Assembly (NCBI GenBank): GCA_963716395.1
Contig: OY970309.1
Span: 3,456,001 to 3,520,000, forward strand
Source of the DNA: an uncultured Fibrobacteria bacterium
Lineage (GTDB): Bacteria; Fibrobacterota; Fibrobacteria; UBA11236
Reading direction: 5' to 3'
Length of the DNA stretch: 64,000 nt
Part shown: piece by piece, positions 1-7,842 of the stretch
Layout of the letters: every line of letters starts with the position of its first letter
Position numbering within the stretch: the first letter of the stretch is position 1
Notes under the pieces: generated by a model
Told to the model about the DNA's origin: nothing
Databases searched by the model: none
Seen by the model: only the letters and a program-made list of their open reading frames with translations
Program-made: the position numbers and the translations under genes

Positions 1-20
1 AGGGCGGCAAAGCCGACGAT

Positions 21-914
21 TTGGTGTTGGGTCTGGCCGATTTGGTGGAAAGCGCCGGCGAGGAAATCGCGCGACAGGCGGAAGAGAGCCCGCGTGAAAG
101 CGGACGACTGGCGGGCATGCTGTTTCAACTCGAAAGCGAAGTCGGCCGCGAACTCGAAGGGCAGACGCTTTCGGAAGAGGCCAAGGCGGCCGCGCGCCAA
201 CGCCTGCATCTGCGCCTGCAGCGATCGCTGGGCGACGTGAAACGGCGCGCCACCTTGACCCAATTGCGCAACCCCAATTTGACCGAAACCGAGCGCATGG
301 AATTTTTATTGCAAACCTTCGCCGATGAAAAAGAACTCGACGAGGTGTTGGGATTCATCGGGGCGCAAGACTCCGTGGCCGAACAGGTGGCGCAAGAACT
401 GTTGGCGAAGGCGCGCCAGGAAATGAAAGCGCGGCGCGAACGCCACCTTTCCAAAGACTTGCCGAACGGCGTCTACGTCAAAGCCGTGCTCGACTTTTTT
501 CTGAAATTCGAAGTCAGCCGTTCGTTGCGCTACCACCTGCCTTTCAGCGCCGTGTTGGTTTCCTTTCAAGGCCTGCCCGAAGACAAGGAAAGCCAGGAAA
601 AATACGGGGAAGCCCTGCACGGACTGCAGAACGTGCTGGTCGGCGACTTGCGCGCGCTTTTCCGCGACTCGGACTTCGTGGGTTACCTCGGCTTCAACCG
701 CTTTCTTCTGGTGGCGCCCATGACCGCAGCCGAAGCGACCTCGGCCATCGTGAAAAAGATCCGCGACAACCTGACGCGGCAGGCGGCCCTGCCCGACGGC
801 ACACGGGCCTGGTTGCGCCCGCGCTGCGGCTGCGCCAGCTTCGACACCGAACACGTCAACACCCACCAGAAACTTTACCAAGAGCTGCAAAAGAGCTGGA
901 AGGCCGATGCCTAA
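21..914 (+). CDS. Protein with C-terminal degenerate GGDEF domain (probably 5'-truncated by the window edge)
   Basis: C-terminal GGDEF-fold signatures (FEVSRSLRYHLPFSAVLV; FRDSDFVGYLGFNRFLLV). GFNRF occupies the GGDEF position and the RxxD I-site is retained. Confidence 0.7.
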   Translation: MVLGLADLVESAGEEIARQAEESPRESGRLAGMLFQLESEVGRELEGQTLSEEAKAAARQRLHLRLQRSLGDVKRRATLTQLRNPNLTETERMEFLLQTFADEKELDEVLGFIGAQDSVAEQVAQELLAKARQEMKARRERHLSKDLPNGVYVKAVLDFFLKFEVSRSLRYHLPFSAVLVSFQGLPEDKESQEKYGEALHGLQNVLVGDLRALFRDSDFVGYLGFNRFLLVAPMTAAEATSAIVKKIRDNLTRQAALPDGTRAWLRPRCGCASFDTEHVNTHQKLYQELQKSWKADA

Positions 915-993
915 CGCCCTCGCTTTCCCAAACGCGGGTCGAAAAACGATCCGCCGGCGGCGCCTTTTGCACGCGGCCCGTTAGCGCCATTCC

Positions 994-2415
994 ATGGTTT
1001 CGCTTTCTCCGGCCTCGGTGCTGATCGTCGACGATGATCCGGCCGCCACCTCGGCCTTACAAACGACCCTCAAGCCGTTGGCCTTGCGGGTGGCGATGGC
1101 CACCAACGGAGAGGAGGCGCTGGAGAAACTGCAACGCGACCATTTCCGCCTCATGCTCACCCAGCGCCTGTTGCCGGGCATCGATGGCCTAGCGCTGGCG
1201 CGCAAAGCCAAAGCCCTGCACCCGGAACTGCGCATCGCCATTCTGGCCGAGCCGACCACACCGGAATGGGAGCAGAAGGTCAGGGCTTTGGGCATCGAGC
1301 GCTTTTCCCTCGGGGCTGCCGGTACCGAAAAGCTGCGGGAAGACCTGGGACGCCTGCTGTCGCAAACTCCGGCGCATCCGTCCCCGGCGGCCGGAAACAT
1401 CGACCCCCCGGTGCGGCCGGCCGCCATCGTGGGCGTGGCCGAACCGATTCAGGAATTGTTCCGCATTATCGAGCGCGCCCGCCATTCGCGCGCTCCCGTT
1501 TTGATTCAAGGCGAAAGCGGAACCGGCAAAGAACTCGTGGCGCGCGCCATCGCGCAGGGCGGACCGAGCGAAGGCAAAATGACCGTGGTCAATTGCTGCG
1601 CCCTTTCCGACAACTTGATCGAAAGTGAGTTGTTCGGACATGCCCGCGGCGCTTTTTCCGGGGCGCTGGCCGACCGCGAAGGCCTGTTCGAAACCGCCGA
1701 TGGCGGCACCCTGTTCCTGGACGAAATTGGCGATCTGCCTTTGCGCAGTCAAACCAAACTGCTGCGCATTCTGCAAGAGGGAGAGTTTCGACGCGTGGGC
1801 GAAAACCGTTTGCGCCATGTGCAGGTGCGCATTCTGGCCGCCACCAACCGCAATCTACGCGAGGCCGTCGAGCATCGGCATTTTCGCGAAGACCTTTACT
1901 ACCGGCTCAACGTCATTCCCGTCTATCTGCCGCCGCTGCGGGAACGCCTCTCGGATGTGCCGCATCTGGCATTGCACTTCCTGCACAAGCATCGCCACAA
2001 AAATCAAGCCGCGATGCATTTCAGCGAATCCGCCGTGGGTCGTCTGGCGCGCTATCCCTATCCGGGCAACGTGCGGGAGTTGGAAAACATCGTACAGCGC
2101 GCGCTGTCTTTGGCGCGGGGATCGGTGATCACCGAACGCGACATCGAAGGATGCCTGCAACCCCTGGATCGGGTGGTGCAGACCACGCCGGCGTTTCCAG
2201 GGCATACCTATCCGGAGTTAAAGCAGCATTTGCGCGCTTGGGAGAAATCGTTTCTCGAAGAGCGCCTGCGCGCACACGGATTTCAGGTTTCGGAAACCGC
2301 GCAGGCGTTGGGCATCGCGCGCACGGCCCTGCACAATCGCATCAAGGCGCTCGGCATTCATACCGAAAAAGCCTTACGCGACCCCGCCTCCGAACCCACG
2401 CCGCGGATTTCATAA
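994..2415 (+). CDS. Sigma-54-dependent enhancer-binding protein (NtrC/Fis family) with atypical receiver domain
   Basis: Walker A GESGTGKE, ESELFGH-GAFSGA, Walker B LFLDEIG, FREDLYYRLNV, YPGNVRELEN and a C-terminal Fis-type HTH. The N-terminal REC starts VLIVDDD. Confidence 0.93.
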   Translation: MVSLSPASVLIVDDDPAATSALQTTLKPLALRVAMATNGEEALEKLQRDHFRLMLTQRLLPGIDGLALARKAKALHPELRIAILAEPTTPEWEQKVRALGIERFSLGAAGTEKLREDLGRLLSQTPAHPSPAAGNIDPPVRPAAIVGVAEPIQELFRIIERARHSRAPVLIQGESGTGKELVARAIAQGGPSEGKMTVVNCCALSDNLIESELFGHARGAFSGALADREGLFETADGGTLFLDEIGDLPLRSQTKLLRILQEGEFRRVGENRLRHVQVRILAATNRNLREAVEHRHFREDLYYRLNVIPVYLPPLRERLSDVPHLALHFLHKHRHKNQAAMHFSESAVGRLARYPYPGNVRELENIVQRALSLARGSVITERDIEGCLQPLDRVVQTTPAFPGHTYPELKQHLRAWEKSFLEERLRAHGFQVSETAQALGIARTALHNRIKALGIHTEKALRDPASEPTPRIS

Positions 2416-2474
2416 GCGTAGCGTCCCGGGTTTCCGCCGCGCGGAACCGTGATTGCATTACCTTTCCCCTCCCC

Positions 2475-3476
2475 ATGTTTCTCGACGAAACCCAAATCGA
2501 AGTGATCGCCGGAGACGGCGGAGACGGCATGGTGGCCTTTCGCCGCGAGAAATTCGTGCCGCGCGGCGGCCCGGCCGGAGGCAACGGCGGTCGCGGCGGA
2601 CACGTGGTGTTGCAAGCCAGCAAAGACCTGCACACGTTATACGACATCGGCCAGCGCCGCCGCTTCCGCGCCGGCAACGGGGAAAAAGGCGGCAGCGCCG
2701 ACTGCACCGGTCGCAGCGGCGCCGACATCGTGTTGCGGGTTCCTTGCGGCACCTGGGTGAAAGACGCGGAGAGCGGCGAAACCTTGGCCGATCTGCGCCG
2801 CGACGGCGAAACCGCGACGCTCGCGCGCGGAGGGCGCGGGGGCCTGGGCAATACGGTTTTCAAATCTTCGGTGCGTCAAGCGCCCCGCAAGGCTACGCCC
2901 GGCATACCGGGCGAACGGCGTAAGCTGGCGTTGGAACTCAAGCTCATGGCCGATTGCGGATTGGTCGGCTTTCCCAATGTGGGAAAAAGTTCCCTGCTGC
3001 GCCGCGTCTCTTCGGCCACTCCCAAGGTTGCCGACTATCCCTTTACCACCTTGAAGCCGGTGCTGGGCGTGGTGGCCATGGGCGTGGGAACCAGTTTCGT
3101 CCTGGTGGATATTCCCGGCCTCATCGAAGGGGCCGCCGGCGGCAAAGGTTTGGGCCATCGTTTTCTGCGCCACATCGAGCGTACGGGTTGCCTGGCTTTC
3201 GTACTTGACGCCAGTGCCGCCGACGTCTATGGCCAGTACCGCGTACTCCGGACCGAGTTGCAAAAATTCCATCCCCTGCTGTTGGAGAAGCCTAAGCTCA
3301 TCCTGCTCAACAAATCCGATCTGGGCGACTTCCCCATATCCAAGAAATTCGCGAAAGAAAAATGTCCGGTGATCCGGACATCCGCGCTTTCAGGTGCAGG
3401 CTTGGAAGATTTTAAAAAAGCCGCCTATGCCTTGGTGCGGGCCTGGAGCGCGCCCCAAGACGACTGGCCGGGCTAA
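2475..3476 (+). CDS. obgE: GTPase ObgE/CgtA
   Basis: MFLDETQIEVIAGDGGDG, FRREKFVPRGGP, GFPNVGKS, YPFTT, DIPGLIEGA, NKSD. Start set at ATG 2475, not 2151. Confidence 0.97.
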   Translation: MFLDETQIEVIAGDGGDGMVAFRREKFVPRGGPAGGNGGRGGHVVLQASKDLHTLYDIGQRRRFRAGNGEKGGSADCTGRSGADIVLRVPCGTWVKDAESGETLADLRRDGETATLARGGRGGLGNTVFKSSVRQAPRKATPGIPGERRKLALELKLMADCGLVGFPNVGKSSLLRRVSSATPKVADYPFTTLKPVLGVVAMGVGTSFVLVDIPGLIEGAAGGKGLGHRFLRHIERTGCLAFVLDASAADVYGQYRVLRTELQKFHPLLLEKPKLILLNKSDLGDFPISKKFAKEKCPVIRTSALSGAGLEDFKKAAYALVRAWSAPQDDWPG

Positions 3477-3949
3477 TTTTCGTCGTAGGATCGCTCGACT
3501 TCTTCGCGGTCTTTCTTTTCCACGATATCGTTACTGAAATTGCGATCCAAAGGCAGCGCATTGACATCGGGATTCTGGTTGTCCAAGATGTAAACCGCGG
3601 TGGGATTATCCAGCCAACCCTGCACCTCGATGTCTTTCAGGTTGTGCACCCCGCCCGAACTGATTTTCATCTTTTCGATGGTGCTGTTGTCGACCCAACC
3701 TTTGATGCTACCGCTGGTTTTGATCAGCGAGCGCGCCTTGCCTTCTTGCAGCAATTGCACATCTTCGCCGGCCTTCAAATCCATGACTTTGTCTGCGGTT
3801 CCTCCCGATTCCTCTTTGTAAACCGTTGCGCCCCCGGCCTTGACCCGAGTTACTTCGATGGATTCGGTTTTGGATTTGGCCAATGCCGAGGTGGCAAAGG
3901 CGCCTCCCAAGCAAATCAGCATCGCGCACATATTGATGGTTCCACGCAT
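3473..3949 (-). CDS. Secreted SH3b-like domain protein
   Basis: Signal peptide (ALA) and an SH3b-like pattern LKAGEDVQLL...IKGWVD. Lys/Glu-rich genuine-looking frame, divergent from the exbB-like gene. Confidence 0.7.
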   Translation of the reverse strand: MRGTINMCAMLICLGGAFATSALAKSKTESIEVTRVKAGGATVYKEESGGTADKVMDLKAGEDVQLLQEGKARSLIKTSGSIKGWVDNSTIEKMKISSGGVHNLKDIEVQGWLDNPTAVYILDNQNPDVNALPLDRNFSNDIVEKKDREEVERSYDEN

Positions 3950-4028
3950 GGGACCTTCCTCCGGTCGCGGGAGAATCCCGCCGTCCTAGAATATATAGCC
4001 GACCGGCCGAATTCACAAGGGACGCAAT

Positions 4029-4058
4029 TTGAATCTCCGAAAAACGGAGGGCTATAAT
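4029..4058 (+). promoter_or_regulatory. Sigma-70 promoter of the exbB-like operon with a palindrome in the spacer
   Basis: TTGAAT (4029-4034), 18-nt spacer, TATAAT (4053-4058). The spacer holds CTCCG-AAAAA-CGGAG (4035-4049). Confidence 0.6.
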
Positions 4059-4099
4059 AAACCCCTAAGAGCCGTATTCCCCAGATTTCCGGAGTCACC

Positions 4100-4771
4100 A
4101 TGAGCTTTCTGCAAAGGATGGCAAAATTCATCGAAGAAGGCGGCACCGTGGAGTACGTCATTCTGGGGCTATTGGCCTTCGGACTTTCCATCGTGCTCGA
4201 ACGTTGCTGGTTCTACTTCATCAAGTGTCGCATCAATCCCAAGAAACTGCTGGCCGACGTCACCTCGCTGATCCGCAAGGAGAAAATCTCCGACGCCCGC
4301 AAGCTGTGCAGCCAGACCAGCACCCCTTTGGGGTCGATTCTCGAAGCCGGCATCTGGAAGTACGAGCAGTCGGGCACGGCGCAAGAAATCAAAGATGCCA
4401 TCGAAGAAGTTTCCCTGCGCGAAATGCCGCGTTTGCAGCGCCGTACCCATTATCTGGGTTTGCTGGCCAACCTGTGCACCTTGGTGGGCTTGCTTGGCAC
4501 CATTTTTGGGTTGCAGGAAGCCTTCGGCGCCCTGGAATCGGCCGACCCTTCGCAGAAAAGCCGCATCCTGGCGCGCGGCATCACCTTGGCCCTCAACGCC
4601 ACGGCGCTGGGGCTCATTTCGGCCATGCTGTGCATGTCGGCCTTCTCCTATCTGGGCTCGCATGCCAATCAACTCCTGGAACAAATCGACGAGTCGGTGC
4701 TTCGCCTGGTGAATTTTCTGTCGGCGCAGACGCAGGCCCGGCGCGGCGGCCGGGCGGAAGCTCCGCATTAA
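4100..4771 (+). CDS. MotA/TolQ/ExbB proton-channel protein (AglR-like)
   Basis: Three TM segments; LVGLLGTIFGL and GITLALNATALGL motifs. Confidence 0.92.
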   Translation: MSFLQRMAKFIEEGGTVEYVILGLLAFGLSIVLERCWFYFIKCRINPKKLLADVTSLIRKEKISDARKLCSQTSTPLGSILEAGIWKYEQSGTAQEIKDAIEEVSLREMPRLQRRTHYLGLLANLCTLVGLLGTIFGLQEAFGALESADPSQKSRILARGITLALNATALGLISAMLCMSAFSYLGSHANQLLEQIDESVLRLVNFLSAQTQARRGGRAEAPH

Positions 4772-4786
4772 GACCTCGGACCGGAA

Positions 4787-5272
4787 ATGAGCGCTGCGGT
4801 TTCGGGTCCGCCGGGTCGAAAGGGAGGAACCGCGCGCGAGCCCATCGACCTGGACATGACGCCGATGATGAACGTGCTCATCATCCTCATCTCTTTTCTC
4901 GTGACCATGGTGGTCTTCACCCACCTAGCGGTGATCCAATTCGAACTCCCTTCGTCCGACAACAACGCCGGGGGTGCGGCGGCCGACAGCGGCTCGCCGG
5001 CCGATGATTTAACGCTGGTGATTTCAGAGGGCGGCTATCAAATCATCGGCGCGGATCGCAAAGAAAATCCCATCCCCAAAACCCGGTCGGGCTACGATTT
5101 CCGGGCCCTGGGAACGGCCTTGCAAGAATTGCACGCCCAATATCCGGTGGCGCGTAGTCTCGTTTTGCTCATCGATCCCGACGTGTTGTACCAGGACATC
5201 ATTTCGACCATGGACGTGTGCCGCGCCCAGCGGTTTCCCGACGTGCTGCTGTCCGGAGGCGTGGGCGGATGA
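4787..5272 (+). CDS. ExbD/TolR family protein 1 (Asn at the usual TM Asp position)
   Basis: DLDMTPMMNVLIILISFL TM segment; C-terminal IDPDVLYQDIISTMDVCR. Confidence 0.88.
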   Translation: MSAAVSGPPGRKGGTAREPIDLDMTPMMNVLIILISFLVTMVVFTHLAVIQFELPSSDNNAGGAAADSGSPADDLTLVISEGGYQIIGADRKENPIPKTRSGYDFRALGTALQELHAQYPVARSLVLLIDPDVLYQDIISTMDVCRAQRFPDVLLSGGVGG

Positions 5273-5754
5273 TGGGCCGGAGGCGTCGTCCGCCGCTGGG
5301 CTCGGCCAAGCCGCAAATGACCTCGCTGGTCGACGTGCTCACCGTGCTGGTTTTCTTTTTGCTGAAGAACTTTTCCGCCGACGGCGACATTCTCACGCCT
5401 TCGCCGGGTCTGGAATTGCCACAGAGCACGGCCCAGGTACGCGCCGAAAAAACCTTGGTCATCGCCATCAGCGAGCACCACGTTCTGGCCGAAGGCGCGC
5501 CGATCGCCCTGGTCGATGAGGTGCTGGCGGCGCAGAGCCCCGACATTCCCGCCTTGGGCCGCTGGCTGGCGGAACGCCGCAAAGCCACCGAAGAGATCGC
5601 GCGCTACAATCCCGCCGTGACCTTCACCGGCAAGCTGACCATCCAGGGCGATCGGAAAATCCCGTTCCGGTTGCTGCACAAGGTGCTGAATACGTGCGGT
5701 GAAAACGGTTACTCCAAATTTTCCCTCGCCGTTTTGAGAAAAGATGGCGGCTGA
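5269..5754 (+). CDS. ExbD/TolR family protein 2 (AglS-like)
   Basis: MTSLVDVLTVLVFFLLKNF, LELPQS, IQGDRKIPFRLLHKVLNTC. ATGA overlap with the upstream gene. Confidence 0.9.
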   Translation: MMGRRRRPPLGSAKPQMTSLVDVLTVLVFFLLKNFSADGDILTPSPGLELPQSTAQVRAEKTLVIAISEHHVLAEGAPIALVDEVLAAQSPDIPALGRWLAERRKATEEIARYNPAVTFTGKLTIQGDRKIPFRLLHKVLNTCGENGYSKFSLAVLRKDGG

Positions 5755-6700
5755 TCGGGATGGGGAGAAATATCGCGGCGGCATGTTCGATCATGTCGAC
5801 GTTCCGGCGCTGATCAGCCTGGTGCTGTGCGCGGCAGGATTCATTCTGCTGATCTTGTGGTTGCGCCCCATCGCCGAAGCCCCCCGCCCGGAGACGGGCG
5901 ATCTCCAACTCGACGCGCTTTCGGAACGCATGGCCCGCATTTTGATGCCGCTCAAAGAGCCGGGGGAAGCGCCGCATCTCCGGTCGACACCCCCGCCCCA
6001 ACCGGCGGCGCCCCCGCCCGCCGAGCGCACCGCGCTGGCGCGCATCGAACACTCGCGGCAGCAAGTGAGCCGGGCCTTGCGCACCCTGAGCCAGCAGGTC
6101 TCGCATGCAGCCGTCCTTTCCATTTTGTCGGCCAAGGGAACCGGCGGCCGCAGCCGCCGTCACGTCGCGGGCGGAGGCTTGGGATTCGGCGACCTGGATC
6201 AGAAACTGGGATCGCTCGGGGGCCTGACCCGTTACGGAGACGCCGGCGGCCGCGCACCCGGCGCGCGCGACGGCGCGGCGGAAGCGGTCGACGCCGATAC
6301 CCTGCTGCAAAAATTTTCCCGGGCGCGGCAAAGCGCGGCGGCGCATATCGGCACCTTCGCCTTTGAAAAGCCCCAACTGGTGGGCGGTAACACCAGACAG
6401 GCCGCCGGTCAACAATTGCAAACCCTGTCGGCGGCTCTGAGCCACAACCAGACGGCCATCCGCCTTCTGTACGAAGAGCGCTTGAAAATCAATCCGGCTC
6501 TGGAAGGCAAGGTCACCGTGGTGATCGTCATCCGCAACGACGGCCGGGTGATTTCGGCGCGCATCGTGCCCGAGGAAACTTCCCTGGCCGATCCGCAATT
6601 CCAAAACGAAATCATCCGCTCCGTATTGCGCTGGGTCTTCCCCCCGTTCACGGGCGCCCCCGTGGAATTGAAATCTCCCTTCGTCTTCAAACCGGTGTAA
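5744..6700 (+). CDS. TonB-like energy transducer with AgmX/PglI (GltG-like) C-terminal domain
   Basis: N-terminal TM, Pro/Gly-rich linker, C-terminal IRLLYEERLKINPALEGKVTV...GRV...WVFP...PFVF. Confidence 0.85.
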   Translation: MAADRDGEKYRGGMFDHVDVPALISLVLCAAGFILLILWLRPIAEAPRPETGDLQLDALSERMARILMPLKEPGEAPHLRSTPPPQPAAPPPAERTALARIEHSRQQVSRALRTLSQQVSHAAVLSILSAKGTGGRSRRHVAGGGLGFGDLDQKLGSLGGLTRYGDAGGRAPGARDGAAEAVDADTLLQKFSRARQSAAAHIGTFAFEKPQLVGGNTRQAAGQQLQTLSAALSHNQTAIRLLYEERLKINPALEGKVTVVIVIRNDGRVISARIVPEETSLADPQFQNEIIRSVLRWVFPPFTGAPVELKSPFVFKPV

Positions 6701-6945
6701 TCGTGGCGCACTCCCCGGCAATTCCCGCCGTCCTCAACACCGCCTCGCATCGGTCGGGGCTGGTCGGGGAAAAGCGCGGCGATCCCGCAGGGCCAATAGC
6801 GTTCAAAACCTTATGGGAGTTGGAAGGATTGCTTCAAGTTTGACATGAAGTAACTCCCCTCCTGCAAGGTTTCTTGCCTCTTCAGTCTTTTCTTCTGCAA
6901 AAGGATCCGAAAAAAGCCGAAAATACAGAAGAATCGGAAAATTGC

Positions 6946-7842
6946 ATGACGCGCAAACTTTGGCTGCCGATCTTTTTGCTGCTGCTCTTCGCGGGCGGCG
7001 CGGCCGCGGCTGTGATCAAAGCGGGAATGACGCTGAACATCCTGGTCAAGGACAACAAGGATTTGAGCCAGATGGTGCGTGTGCAGGACGACGGCACCAT
7101 CGATTACCCACTGCTGCAGGATACCCCCGTGATCAACAAGACCACGGGTGAATTGCAAGACATGCTCACCTACAAGCTGGCCCGCGTCATCGAATCACCA
7201 TTGGTGCTGGTCACCGTGGTGACGCAAACGCCCATCGCCATCTACGTACTGGGACAGGTGAAAAAACCGGGACTGGTGGAGGCGCCGCCCGGCGCGTCGC
7301 TGCAAGAGGTGTTGCTCTTGGCGCAAGGCGTCACCGAACAGGCCGATCTGGAGCGCGTCAAAATCGTGCACAAACACGACGACGATGACAAGGCCGAGTT
7401 CTACAACCTGCAGCGGTTTTTGAACACCGGCGATCTCGACTATCTGCCCAAATTGCAGGATGGCGATCGCATCATCGTGCTGTCGTCGAAGAAAAGCAAG
7501 TACATCAAGGTGTTGGGCGCGGTGAACAAGCCGGGATTTTATCCCATCACCGAATCGGCGTCGCTGTTCGACTTGCTGTACTTAGCCGGCGGCCCCGCGG
7601 CCGACGCCAACCTTTCCCGAGTACGCGTCATCAGCACGGCGGGCGGCCAGCGCGAAGATTACATGCTCGACATGCAAAAGTTCATCGACCAGGGCAAAAC
7701 CGACAACTTGCCCAACCTGGGCGAGGGCGACGTGGTCATCGTCTATGCGCAGACCTTTACCTGGAGCAAAGTGCTCGACGTGGTGCGCGATGTCGTCACC
7801 TTGGCCACGGCCTGGATCGTGATCACCCAGGTGAAAAAATGA
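6946..7842 (+). CDS. wza: Polysaccharide export protein (OPX/Wza family, SLBB repeats)
   Basis: VRVQDDGTIDYPL, two SLBB repeats (VLGQVKKPG, VLGAVNKPG...AGG), C-terminal amphipathic helix, Sec signal without a lipobox Cys. Confidence 0.9.
   Translation: MTRKLWLPIFLLLLFAGGAAAAVIKAGMTLNILVKDNKDLSQMVRVQDDGTIDYPLLQDTPVINKTTGELQDMLTYKLARVIESPLVLVTVVTQTPIAIYVLGQVKKPGLVEAPPGASLQEVLLLAQGVTEQADLERVKIVHKHDDDDKAEFYNLQRFLNTGDLDYLPKLQDGDRIIVLSSKKSKYIKVLGAVNKPGFYPITESASLFDLLYLAGGPAADANLSRVRVISTAGGQREDYMLDMQKFIDQGKTDNLPNLGEGDVVIVYAQTFTWSKVLDVVRDVVTLATAWIVITQVKK

Noticed and set aside
2151-2474. N-terminal extension of ObgE, and similar long extensions on the GT, Wzy, GGR and GH84 ORFs
   Set aside because: They overlap upstream genes; the conserved N-termini and 4-nt stop/start overlaps indicate the shorter starts.
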